From the NCBI GenBank assembly GCA_046081565.1, contig JBJTWF010000148.1:1-62353 (forward strand): a stretch of 62,353 nt of DNA, given 5' to 3'. The translations under genes were made by a program, and so were the position numbers. The stretch comes from Flavobacteriales bacterium (GTDB taxonomy: Bacteria; Bacteroidota; Bacteroidia; Flavobacteriales_D; Crocinitomicaceae). Of the stretch, positions 53,613 through 62,353 are shown one piece after another (positions within the stretch are counted from its first letter, which is position 1; each line of letters opens with the position of its first letter). Under the pieces are notes generated by a model that was given only the letters and a program-made list of their open reading frames with translations, had not been told where the DNA came from and searched no databases.

Positions 53613-55874
53613 TTATTCTTTAATGACCTTTTTGGTAAGCATTTGTCCCGAGGAAAGTTCGCAGTTAATGTAGTATACTCCTTTAGCCATTCCTTCCATG
53701 CTGATGCTTGATTGCAACTGGTTTTCAACGGTTTCTTCCCGTATGGTTTTCCCATGAATATCTACCAACCAAAATCGAGATACTGGCAGGGGAGATTTCC
53801 AATAAATTACCTGTTGTGCAGGGTTTGGATGAACTTCCAAAGCGGGAATTTCTAATCCAGCAATACCGTTCCCATCTACACAAAAGTTCAAGGTGGTTTG
53901 AAAACCAAAATCCGCATTTTCGGCTGAAATTCCGGTGAGGGAATCTCCTAATGAGGAAATTTCAACGCTTCCATTAGCTGGGCACCACGGAAGCCCATAA
54001 ATTCCGTCTCCGTAGGAATCATTGATAATATAAGCATAGCACCCAAAATCTAAACACCAAGAGATATTGATGAGTCCAGCCGTATTGTCGCCATAACCGT
54101 TTCCAGAGAATAACACGGTTCCTGCATTGTTTTGAAGTTCCCAAGTGGTTTCGGAACCATAACAATCTAAGGTTAACCCCAGAATTACTTCTTGTCCATT
54201 CAATACGACATTAAAACTACTGTTTTGGGAATTGTTTAGGTTGTTTTCATCTACGCCAGTATTTGGGTTAGATACCGTAGCATTAAAGGTATGCGTTCCC
54301 GAACCTAATTGCGCGGTTGGGAGCGTAACTGTTGTCGATTGCCATTGCGGTAAATTTCCACTCCACGGGTAGCTTAAGTTGTTTGCGCCATCAAAGCCAT
54401 ACGTAATAAGTGCCCCGGTAAGCGGGACTGCTCCTCCGTTAGACAAGGTTAGGGTCGGCGAAATTTCCGCGCTACAAAACGTTCCAGAAACTCCTGTTAC
54501 GGTAGACAGGAAGGGATCTACTTGAACGGGAACCCCTCCCGAGGGATCGTACCCATTGACAAATGAAGCGCCGCTTTGGTTGGGGTCCAACCAATATTTT
54601 AACTGGTTGGTACTATCGCTACCACTGGGTAACCACGAGTAGCTTATTTTCCCATACTCGTCCGACAGCACAGGAGCACCACACGCCGAAGCGCCACCGT
54701 GAAGTTGACCAATAATACGGTGGTTTTGATCAAACAAAGGCGAACCAGAGGATCCACCTTCGGTGACTCCAAGATCCCAACCCGTAACGCCCCAGTGGGA
54801 GTTTGCTGGACTACCACCAAAGGAGGTTGAAATAAGCGGGTCGTTTTCAAATGATATTTTTTTAATGTCTCCTGAAGGGTGGTGAATTCCTACCGCGGAG
54901 GACGGTGTATTTCCACTGTTATCCCAACCATTAAAGTAAGGCGTATAGGTGGCAGGCACGGTTCCACCTTGTAGGCCTCCTGTAATTTCTACCAAACAGA
55001 AATCGGATGCTGATGCGCGAGAACGAAGGATGGCGCCACTCAACGATTGAAAGGTTGGTTCTGCACCAGGATTGTTGCATCCAGTACTTTGCCAATTAAA
55101 CCGAAACACCCACGTTGCGGGGTTACTAAAACAATGGTTGGCGGTTAACACATAGGGTTTTCCATTGTTTAAGGTGTTGTTGATTAGCGACCCTGAACAA
55201 AAACCACTGTTTCCTGAAACCAACATTACCACGCCATTTCGTTCTACTTGCCATGGAGCCCCTTCAGGGCAGTTTACGTTTAGGTTGCAGTTACCAGAAC
55301 TTCCGAAGGCTTTTACATAAAATTCATGGGCTGTCCGGTACCCATGTGTTACGTTGTTAATTTGAACAAATCCTTTTGGATTATTTTTCCTCACAAAGTA
55401 TTCAATGATGACCTCATCACCAGGAACCAGTTCTGTTCCTAATTGTCCCTTGTATAAATGGTTGGAGGTGAATTTTCCTAAAATAAAAGATTTGTCGGAA
55501 TTGTAAACATATAGTTCGTTTCCTTCAGGAATATCGGTTTGATCGAAGGCTAAATTTAGGGTCAGCGCTCCCGGACTTGAAACACGCATTAACCAAAGGG
55601 AATGCCCTTCTTTTGTGTTTATCCAAACCCCATGGTTTGCCGTATTGATTTGGGTAGCATAGTTAAAGCCGAATCGCCAAGGTTGCCCGCCCACAGAGTC
55701 TAAAAAACGGTCCTCTTGCTGTAAGGCATTGATGTCCGGGGTAGGGTAGGATACCGTGGGAATCGATTTCCATCCGAGATTAGGAAACATGTGTCCCAAA
55801 CCGCCATCGCCTTGTTGGGCAAAGGCAAGAGTCGACCATAAAAAAAGAAATAAAAAGAGGTGTTGTCGTTTCAT
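53613..55874 (-). CDS. T9SS-sorted trypsin-fold (S1) serine endopeptidase, lysyl-endopeptidase-like
   Basis: Signal peptide (LWSTLAFAQQ). Catalytic His context YVLTANHCF and Ser context TEGGSSGSPLFD. Beta-rich C-terminal domains and the CTD (VHPNPAQQVIYW...GVYYINCEL...KKVIKE). The ATG at 55874 is preferred. Confidence 0.8.
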   Translation of the reverse strand: MKRQHLFLFLFLWSTLAFAQQGDGGLGHMFPNLGWKSIPTVSYPTPDINALQQEDRFLDSVGGQPWRFGFNYATQINTANHGVWINTKEGHSLWLMRVSSPGALTLNLAFDQTDIPEGNELYVYNSDKSFILGKFTSNHLYKGQLGTELVPGDEVIIEYFVRKNNPKGFVQINNVTHGYRTAHEFYVKAFGSSGNCNLNVNCPEGAPWQVERNGVVMLVSGNSGFCSGSLINNTLNNGKPYVLTANHCFSNPATWVFRFNWQSTGCNNPGAEPTFQSLSGAILRSRASASDFCLVEITGGLQGGTVPATYTPYFNGWDNSGNTPSSAVGIHHPSGDIKKISFENDPLISTSFGGSPANSHWGVTGWDLGVTEGGSSGSPLFDQNHRIIGQLHGGASACGAPVLSDEYGKISYSWLPSGSDSTNQLKYWLDPNQSGASFVNGYDPSGGVPVQVDPFLSTVTGVSGTFCSAEISPTLTLSNGGAVPLTGALITYGFDGANNLSYPWSGNLPQWQSTTVTLPTAQLGSGTHTFNATVSNPNTGVDENNLNNSQNSSFNVVLNGQEVILGLTLDCYGSETTWELQNNAGTVLFSGNGYGDNTAGLINISWCLDFGCYAYIINDSYGDGIYGLPWCPANGSVEISSLGDSLTGISAENADFGFQTTLNFCVDGNGIAGLEIPALEVHPNPAQQVIYWKSPLPVSRFWLVDIHGKTIREETVENQLQSSISMEGMAKGVYYINCELSSGQMLTKKVIKE

Positions 55875-55878
55875 GGTT

Positions 55879-56502
55879 CTAGTTTTTAGAGGGGGGTGGC
55901 GTTCGTTTGATACCACATCCTTTTGGATCTGTGGTGTTAATTTTTATTTTCTTTCCAGCGCCTTTTGCTGCAAGGGCATCCATTAAATAATGTTCGTCTT
56001 TGGTGCGAAGTTTATCCCAGGTATTATCAATTGATCCGGTATAAATCAACGTTAACGTTTCGTCGAATAAATAAACGTGGGGGGTGGTTTTAGCCCCAAA
56101 AGCATCCGCTATAACTGAATTTACATCCACAAGGTAAGGCATACGATAGTTCATAGAGGCTGCATGGCGCATCATTTCTTCAAAGCTATCGGCGCCTTCA
56201 CGTTTTCCTTCGTTGGAATTTAGAAGAACCATTCCGATTTGGTTTTGCTGAGCCAACGCGTAGAGGGTGTCATATTGTTTTTCCCAACCCGGAAAATCAT
56301 CAGAACCCACTACGAAGGGGCAAGAATTACAGGAGAAAATGACCAGTAAGCCATTTTTTTGAATCAATTGTTCCAAACGGTAATCAGCTTGTTGCGTTGA
56401 GCGCATGGAAAGGGTGCTAAGAGGCGCTTTGTTTTTAACCTTTAATTGCGAAAAAAAAGGAGAAAAAACGAAAAAAAAGAGGAGAGAGAAGAAGAACTTC
56501 AT
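55879..56502 (-). CDS. Secreted thioredoxin-fold thiol:disulfide oxidoreductase (redoxin/TlpA-like)
   Basis: Signal peptide (MKFFFSLLFFFVFSPFFSQ) and CxxC motif FSCNSCPFV. The stop lies 4 nt before the protease start. Confidence 0.75.
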   Translation of the reverse strand: MKFFFSLLFFFVFSPFFSQLKVKNKAPLSTLSMRSTQQADYRLEQLIQKNGLLVIFSCNSCPFVVGSDDFPGWEKQYDTLYALAQQNQIGMVLLNSNEGKREGADSFEEMMRHAASMNYRMPYLVDVNSVIADAFGAKTTPHVYLFDETLTLIYTGSIDNTWDKLRTKDEHYLMDALAAKGAGKKIKINTTDPKGCGIKRTPPPSKN

Positions 56503-56588
56503 ACGATTGTTAATATAATACAAGATTAGTTAAAAATTAATGATGAAACAATTAAAACGGAGAATTATTGAATGGCTATCTTTGTTTG

Positions 56589-57236
56589 ATGATCAAGTCT
56601 AAAAAACCCCTTGTTATTGGTATTTGCGGAGGAAGTGGTTCGGGAAAAACAACATTGCTTAGGCGGTTGGCAGAGGAGTTCCAAGGGGAAGAGCCGGCTG
56701 TTTTCAGCATGGATAATTATTACCACCCCATAGACCAACAGGCAGTAGACGCCAATGGTGTAATTAATTTTGATTTACCCACGGCACTTGATGAGACACA
56801 ACTTAGCTTGGACCTGACGGCTTTAGTACAAGGCAATCCGATAGAGGTAAGGGAGTATTTTTTTAATGCGAACCCCGGAAAAAATGTTTTATTAACGATT
56901 CAACCTAGCCGCGTAATTTTGGTTGAAGGCTTGTTCTTATATCATTATCCCGCCGTGTTTGAGGCATTGGATTTCTCGGTCTTTGTGGATGTGGATCATG
57001 CCATTCAATTGGATCGCCGGATCTATCGAGACCAAGATACACGGGGATACAAACGAAGTGACATTATATATCAATGGGAAAACCATGTATTACCCTGCTT
57101 CAGGGCCTATATAGAACCACATAAACCCAAGGCAAATTTTATATTTAGAAACGATCAGTCGGCGGAGGAAGATTTTTCCAACCTTATGAAAACACTCGGC
57201 CAATTGATGGAGCAAGGCCATCGCCATCATCCCTAA
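56589..57236 (+). CDS. udk: Uridine kinase
   Basis: P-loop IGICGGSGSGKTTL and overall Udk-like length. The ATG at 56589 is preferred over the start at 56568. Confidence 0.88.
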   Translation: MIKSKKPLVIGICGGSGSGKTTLLRRLAEEFQGEEPAVFSMDNYYHPIDQQAVDANGVINFDLPTALDETQLSLDLTALVQGNPIEVREYFFNANPGKNVLLTIQPSRVILVEGLFLYHYPAVFEALDFSVFVDVDHAIQLDRRIYRDQDTRGYKRSDIIYQWENHVLPCFRAYIEPHKPKANFIFRNDQSAEEDFSNLMKTLGQLMEQGHRHHP

Positions 57237-57272
57237 TCCAAACAAACGCAAACCATCGCGTGTTTTATCGTT

Positions 57273-59192
57273 ATGAAGTACTGCATCAATCCATACCAAA
57301 AAAATCGTCTTCCCGCCATGGAGGTTGCGATTGGAAACGTAACGTTAGGAGTGAACCATTCGATCCTTGTTCAGTCTATGACCACCGCGGACACGATGGA
57401 TACGGAGGCTACCGTAGACGAGTGCATTCGAATTTTAGATGCAGGCTCCGCGCTGGTGCGCCTGACTGCACCGAGTAAAAAAGAGGCAGAACACTTGGCG
57501 ATTATTAAGCAAGCGTTGGTGTCGCGCGGATATAATCAGCCTCTAGTAGCAGACATTCATTTTACACCCAATGCGGCAGAAATTGCTGCGCTTCATATTG
57601 AGAAAGTTCGGGTTAATCCAGGAAATTATGCCGACAAAAAGAAATTCGAAGAAATCACCTATTCCGATGAAAGTTACCAACAGGAATTACGACGCATTGA
57701 AGAAAAGTTTACGCCCCTGGTCTTGTTGTGTAAAAAAATGAATCGGGCAATGCGCATCGGCACAAACCATGGTTCCTTGTCTGATCGAATTTTAAGTCGG
57801 TATGGGGACACCCCCGAAGGTATGGTAGCCTCTGCGTATGAATTTATCGCCATTTGCGAAAAAAACGGTTACGATCAGTTGGTGATTTCAATGAAAGCAA
57901 GCAATGCCATTGTTATGGTTAATGCCTATCGGCTTTTAACGGCAGAAATGTTGAAAAGGGGTAAAATATATCCACTTCATTTAGGTGTAACGGAAGCCGG
58001 AGAAGGAGAAGACGGTCGAATTAAATCGGCCGTAGGTATTGGTTCATTGTTGGTGGATGGAATTGGGGACACGATTCGAGTTTCCCTCACCGAAGCTCCT
58101 GAATTGGAAATCCCGGTGGCCCAAAAACTTCTTCAATTAACCCAGCACACCCGTTGCCACCCTATCGACACCCATGGAGACGCACTTCCTTATGACCCTT
58201 TTGTTTTTTCACGTAGACCATCTACATCGATTTCTATTGTTGGGGGAGGTCAAGTTCCAGTCGTGGTTGCCACGTATTCGGAAAGGAAACCCCTGACCGA
58301 GGCCATGCTTTTTTCTTCGGGTTATGTATATTCGAAGGCACTGGACAAATGGACCATCCTTGATGCCGCTGCCGATTTCATTTATATCGGCGACCAAGAA
58401 CTTTCTTTTGAACTTCCAGGTACGTTACGGGTGTTGGTAGACCTTGATCGATGGACAAAAACGTATAGCGAAAAAGCGGGATTTTTTCCCTTGATACCCA
58501 TTGAACAACGCCCTCTTGTTGCTCCACAGGTAACGGTGTTTTGTACGGTTCCTGCGGAGGGATTAGCCAACCATATCGATAAACTAAGCGATTCAGATGT
58601 TTTGGTGCTGCATACCTCCTATGATAACCACACCCAACTTTTTCGCGCAGCATTTCAGTGTTTAAAGGAACTAGGAAAAACAAACCCTGTGATTATTAGG
58701 TTGGATTCCGTGGAACCCACCGAGGAGGGGTTTCAGTTGGATGTGGGGGTGCAAGCAGGGTCCCTGTTTATTGACGGTTTAGGGGATGGCATATGGATAT
58801 CGTGCGAAAAACAAGCACCAAAAACAGTACATGACACGGCTTTTGGGGTGTTACAAGCCACTCGGCTACGAATTTCGAAAACCGAATATATTTCCTGTCC
58901 ATCGTGTGGAAGAACCCTGTTTGATCTTCAGGAGACTACGGCGAAAATACGATCAAAGACAGCCCACTTAAAAGGATTGAAAATTGGAATAATGGGTTGT
59001 ATTGTGAATGGGCCCGGTGAAATGGCCGACGCCGATTACGGATACGTTGGTTCTGGTCCTGGAAAAATTACCCTATACAAAGAGAAAACGGTGGTGCAAA
59101 AAAACGTTCCTACAGAGGGCGCTGTGGATGCCCTTATTTCCTTGATAAAGGAACATGGGGATTGGACGGACCCTTCGACGGACCCACTATAA
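57273..59192 (+). CDS. ispG: 4-hydroxy-3-methylbut-2-en-1-yl diphosphate synthase IspG (GcpE), long form with an inserted domain
   Basis: N-terminal TIM-barrel region (VQSMTTADT..., VRVNPGNY). C-terminal 4Fe-4S domain YISCPSCGRT...GIMGCIVNGPGE. 639 aa because of a central insertion. Confidence 0.95.
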   Translation: MKYCINPYQKNRLPAMEVAIGNVTLGVNHSILVQSMTTADTMDTEATVDECIRILDAGSALVRLTAPSKKEAEHLAIIKQALVSRGYNQPLVADIHFTPNAAEIAALHIEKVRVNPGNYADKKKFEEITYSDESYQQELRRIEEKFTPLVLLCKKMNRAMRIGTNHGSLSDRILSRYGDTPEGMVASAYEFIAICEKNGYDQLVISMKASNAIVMVNAYRLLTAEMLKRGKIYPLHLGVTEAGEGEDGRIKSAVGIGSLLVDGIGDTIRVSLTEAPELEIPVAQKLLQLTQHTRCHPIDTHGDALPYDPFVFSRRPSTSISIVGGGQVPVVVATYSERKPLTEAMLFSSGYVYSKALDKWTILDAAADFIYIGDQELSFELPGTLRVLVDLDRWTKTYSEKAGFFPLIPIEQRPLVAPQVTVFCTVPAEGLANHIDKLSDSDVLVLHTSYDNHTQLFRAAFQCLKELGKTNPVIIRLDSVEPTEEGFQLDVGVQAGSLFIDGLGDGIWISCEKQAPKTVHDTAFGVLQATRLRISKTEYISCPSCGRTLFDLQETTAKIRSKTAHLKGLKIGIMGCIVNGPGEMADADYGYVGSGPGKITLYKEKTVVQKNVPTEGAVDALISLIKEHGDWTDPSTDPL

Positions 59193-59261
59193 ACATAACA
59201 ACGTTGATTACTGGATTCATGCGCAGGGATTGGATATATAATATCCTTGTATTTTCGCCCC

Positions 59262-60146
59262 ATGGCGGATTCGTTAGAAAAATACACACGAAGAGGAATT
59301 AGGACTGGATATTTTTCCACCCTTATCGGCGTAACCTTGGTTCTTTTTTTGGTGGGAATCCTGTTGAGTGGACTTTTTCTTTTACAAAACATAGAAAAAG
59401 AGACCAAGGAAAGTTTGCAAGGGGATGTGTTTTTTAAATCCGATCAAACGGTTGATAACATTCAAGCCATACGTAAGAAAATAGCGACTTGGAATTCGAT
59501 GAAACGGGTAGTTTTTGTTTCTTCAGAGCAAGCTTTAAAACAATTTTCTGGCGCTGAATCAGAACAAATTTTAAGCGTATTGGAAGGAGAAAACCCCATC
59601 CCCCCAACCCTAACGTTTAATCCTTCGTTGAAATTCGCTACCCGACAAGGCATGGAAAGCATCCGCGCCCGGATGTTACGGGAATTTCCATCGGCCGTGG
59701 CCGAGGTGAGTTATGATCCCACTTCGTTTGAAAAAATAAATGGGGGCTTTCGCCAATTTCTTTTTGTTTTTTTAGGCATAGCGGGCCTCTTAGTGGTAAT
59801 TGCTTTTGCCTTAATTAATAACACCATACGTCTTTCCCTTTATTCCAAACGGTTTACCATTAAGACTATGCAATTGGTGGGAGCAACACGGGGGTTTATT
59901 CGCCGGCCCTTTTTATGGCAAGCCATGGTGAGCGGTTTTTTATCTGCACTGCTTTCCATGGGGCTGTTATTAGGGTTATATTATGCGATAGCGTTTTATT
60001 TTGATGCGTTTACCTTTACGTTTTCTACAGAAAACGTAATCTTCCTTTCCTTGTCGTTGCTTATCATTGGTGTTTTTATTACTTTCGTTTCCACCTTAAT
60101 AGCCCTCAATCGGTTTTTAAGAATTACACTGGACAAATTATACTAA
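59262..60146 (+). CDS. ftsX: Cell-division permease-like protein FtsX
   Basis: FtsX topology: TM1, a periplasmic domain of about 100 aa, then three C-terminal TM helices. Contains MQLVGATRGFIRRPF. The ATG at 59262 is preferred over the TTG at 59247. Confidence 0.85.
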   Translation: MADSLEKYTRRGIRTGYFSTLIGVTLVLFLVGILLSGLFLLQNIEKETKESLQGDVFFKSDQTVDNIQAIRKKIATWNSMKRVVFVSSEQALKQFSGAESEQILSVLEGENPIPPTLTFNPSLKFATRQGMESIRARMLREFPSAVAEVSYDPTSFEKINGGFRQFLFVFLGIAGLLVVIAFALINNTIRLSLYSKRFTIKTMQLVGATRGFIRRPFLWQAMVSGFLSALLSMGLLLGLYYAIAFYFDAFTFTFSTENVIFLSLSLLIIGVFITFVSTLIALNRFLRITLDKLY

Positions 60147-60147
60147 C

Positions 60148-60414
60148 ATGAAAGACGTAAAACATTTTGGGTTTAATCCTAAAAACTACAAGCTATTGCT
60201 TGGAGGATTATTGGTGAATATTGTAGGGTTTTTACTCATGATTGGAGGAGGGTCTGACGACCCCAATACGTTTAATGAATCAGAATTATTCAGTCCAATT
60301 CGCATTACGCTGGCTCCTTTTCTAATTGTTTTGGGGTATGTAGTTATTTTTTATTCGATCATGAAAAAGGATGCTACATCTGCTGACGACGACACCAAAA
60401 AAATCGACCAATAG
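60148..60414 (+). CDS. Small two-TM membrane protein (DUF3098-like)
   Basis: 88 aa with two hydrophobic helices. Sits between ftsX and uppP, an arrangement I recall as conserved in Bacteroidota. Confidence 0.7.
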   Translation: MKDVKHFGFNPKNYKLLLGGLLVNIVGFLLMIGGGSDDPNTFNESELFSPIRITLAPFLIVLGYVVIFYSIMKKDATSADDDTKKIDQ

Positions 60415-60436
60415 TTTTACTTAACTTTTTTCGTTC

Positions 60437-61300
60437 ATGACGTGGTTAGACGCTGTTATTCTCGCCCTCGTAGAGGGCCTTACTGAGTTTTTACCCATAT
60501 CAAGCACGGCGCATTTGATGTTCACCGAAACCCTGTTAGGGGTAAGTCCGACGGATTTCACGAAAATGTTTACGGTTTCGATACAATTTGGGGCCATCCT
60601 TGCGGTCGTAGTTGCCTATTGGCAGCGGTTTTTCCAAGGTTTTTCCTTTTACAAGGTGTTGGCTTTCTCGGTGGTTCCTGCCTTGGTCCTGGGTAAATTA
60701 TTCGACGACAAAATCGAAGCCGTGTTGGAAAAGCCCATTCCTGTAGCGTTGGTGTTATTGGTAGGTGGGATAATCCTGGTTTATATTGATCTTATTTTCA
60801 CCCCAAAGGCTCAAGATACGAGCCCAGCGGTTGGCCTTAACCAAGGGATTCGCATAGGTTTTTGGCAATGTTTGGCGCTAATGCCTGGTGTGAGCCGTTC
60901 AGCGGCGTCGATTATTGGGGGAATGCAACAAGGCCTTTCCAGACAAAAAGCGGCTGAATTTAGTTTTTTTCTTGCCGTGCCAACCATGGGGGCGGTTACC
61001 CTATATTCGGTCTTCCTAAAAACATGGAACTATGCTAACGTTCCGATGAAAGGATATGAAATGATTTTATCCTCCAGTCAAAACACAGGGTTGTTTTTTA
61101 TCGGCAACGCGATATCCTTTCTCGTAGCCTTTTTGGCCATCCGCAGCTTTATAGGGTTTTTAACCCGGTATGGTTTTAAAATATGGGGCTTTTATCGGAT
61201 GGTAGTTGGGCTTGGCTTGTTGCTTTACTTCACGTTTAGCCCCGCCCCTTCCAAGGGAAAAATTACCACAGCAAATCCTAAACAGGAGGTTCGGGTTTAA
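60437..61300 (+). CDS. uppP: Undecaprenyl-diphosphate phosphatase UppP (BacA)
   Basis: EGLTEFLPISSTAHL and PGVSRSAASI motifs. 287 aa, polytopic. Confidence 0.93.
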   Translation: MTWLDAVILALVEGLTEFLPISSTAHLMFTETLLGVSPTDFTKMFTVSIQFGAILAVVVAYWQRFFQGFSFYKVLAFSVVPALVLGKLFDDKIEAVLEKPIPVALVLLVGGIILVYIDLIFTPKAQDTSPAVGLNQGIRIGFWQCLALMPGVSRSAASIIGGMQQGLSRQKAAEFSFFLAVPTMGAVTLYSVFLKTWNYANVPMKGYEMILSSSQNTGLFFIGNAISFLVAFLAIRSFIGFLTRYGFKIWGFYRMVVGLGLLLYFTFSPAPSKGKITTANPKQEVRV

Positions 61301-61301
61301 C

Positions 61302-62000
61302 ATGGATTTTATACAAGGTGAAGTTTTATTGGTTGACAAACCGTACGGTTGGACTTCTTTTGATGCGGTCAACAAACTTCGTTGGCATTTAAAACGCCAT
61401 TTAAAGGTCAAAAAAATAAAAGTTGGGCACGCAGGCACCTTGGACCCGCTTGCTACGGGATTATTGGTTATTTGCACGGGAAAAAAAACCAAAATGGTAG
61501 AAGCCTATATGGCGGAAGAAAAAACCTACACCGGAACGTTTTTACTTGGAAAGACAACGCCTTCTTTTGATTTAGAAACGGCATTTGACCACCATTATCC
61601 AATCGAACACATAGATACTGTCGCCTTGGCTTCAATTGCAGAATCTTTTATGGGGATACAGCAACAAATACCTCCGGTATATTCCGCTAAACAAATCGAC
61701 GGAAAGCGTGCATACGAATTGGCAAGGGAAGGAAAGGCCTTGGAAATGAAGGCCAACACGATTGAAATTAAACGCTTCCACGTTGACGGGCAACGCTTTC
61801 CTGAAATCGATTTCGAAATTACGTGTTCCAAAGGAACGTATATTCGTTCCCTTGCCCGTGATTTTGGCTTAGCCTGTGGGAGTGGCGCAACGTTAATGGC
61901 TTTACGCCGAACCCATTCGGGTAATTTTTCGGTAGCTGAAGCGAAAACCGTGGAGGCATGGATTGAAGCCATGGGGGCGGAATATTCCGCTATTCCTTGA
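61302..62000 (+). CDS. truB: tRNA pseudouridine(55) synthase TruB
   Basis: LLVDKPYGWTSFD and the catalytic Asp context VGHAGTLDPLATGLL. The ATG at 61302 is preferred over the start at 61206, which overlaps uppP. Confidence 0.93.
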   Translation: MDFIQGEVLLVDKPYGWTSFDAVNKLRWHLKRHLKVKKIKVGHAGTLDPLATGLLVICTGKKTKMVEAYMAEEKTYTGTFLLGKTTPSFDLETAFDHHYPIEHIDTVALASIAESFMGIQQQIPPVYSAKQIDGKRAYELAREGKALEMKANTIEIKRFHVDGQRFPEIDFEITCSKGTYIRSLARDFGLACGSGATLMALRRTHSGNFSVAEAKTVEAWIEAMGAEYSAIP

Positions 62001-62157
62001 TATGTTTTAACTTTTCTTGAACCTCTCGAATATACCGTTGGTAGGTTTTTATTTTCTCTTGATATCCGTTTTCTTCTGCCCGATGTAAGCGTTTCTGTAA
62101 ATAGTGTAATCGTCGCCCGAGTTTAAACTTATCCCATTTAGTTAACATCCGTTTCAT
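61990..62157 (-). CDS. Possible small basic helical protein (55 aa), not in the supplied ORF track
   Basis: My own translation of the minus strand gives MKRMLTKWDKFKLGRRLHYLQKRLHRAEENGYQEKIKTYQRYIREVQEKLKHIKE*. It overlaps the truB 3' end by 11 nt. There is no homology evidence. Confidence 0.25.
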   Translation of the reverse strand: MKRMLTKWDKFKLGRRLHYLQKRLHRAEENGYQEKIKTYQRYIREVQEKLKHIKE

Positions 62158-62353
62158 TACATACGAGTTTTGATGGTTTATCCTCTAAAGTAAATTCTTT
62201 GAGGGGAATATAAAATCCAATAAACGTTAAAATAACGGGCAAGCAATGGGATGAATTTGTTGGGGTACAACGAAAAAAACAAAAAAGAAAATGAGAAGAA
62301 ATCTATTCGAAATTACAGATTCTAATTAATTGGCACAAAATGAGGTCTAAAAA

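Noticed and set aside
57273-59192. An unusually long IspG (639 aa) with a central insertion.
   Set aside because: This is a known long-form GcpE architecture shared by Bacteroidota, Chlamydiae and plastid enzymes. It is not novel.
62158-62353. The terminal ~200 nt, checked for a gene fragment or an RNA gene.
   Set aside because: Stops occur in all frames that I examined. Only a very short ORF (MRRNLFEITDSN*) is present, and there is no tRNA-like cloverleaf or strong hairpin. It is left unannotated.

Overview
This window is a gene-dense chromosomal segment from a member of the Bacteroidota. The taxon call is an inference from gene content. Four proteins end in T9SS type-A C-terminal sorting domains. 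There is a PorZ-like double-propeller protein, an ftsX-DUF3098-uppP-truB block, and a purH-mreBCD-mrdA-rodA block.

I recognise about 52 protein-coding genes. I found no rRNA, tRNA, CRISPR array, integrase or transposase.

Most genes are core housekeeping:
- Cell envelope and division: the elongasome, a class A PBP, ftsE and ftsX.
- RNA modification and maturation: mnmG, ybeY, truB.
- Metabolism: scoAB, cysQ, ispG, udk, rpiB, hemW.

The ORF track uses alternative start codons. Many tracked ORFs therefore carry spurious N-terminal extensions, and I re-set those starts to internal ATGs that I checked in the sequence.

Five regions look non-routine:
1. 21.3-26.5 kb holds a compact lipid-linked pentose module. 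It contains an Rv3806c-like UbiA phosphoribosyltransferase, a HAD phosphatase, and two polytopic GT-C-like proteins, one of them fused to a DedA/YqaA domain.
2. 14.5-15.6 kb holds an operon of three divergent single-OB SSB paralogues that all lack the acidic tail.
3. 43.7-49.8 kb holds a giant coiled-coil membrane protein, an orphan RsbW-like kinase, ybeY and mnmG in one operon. A 440-bp AT-rich repeat-bearing leader lies upstream.
4. A peptidoglycan amidase with a CUB-like domain appears to be exported by T9SS.
5. Two paralogous Wzi/RemB-like outer-membrane proteins sit in tandem.

All functional calls rest on motif recognition by eye and on remembered family knowledge. No database search was run.
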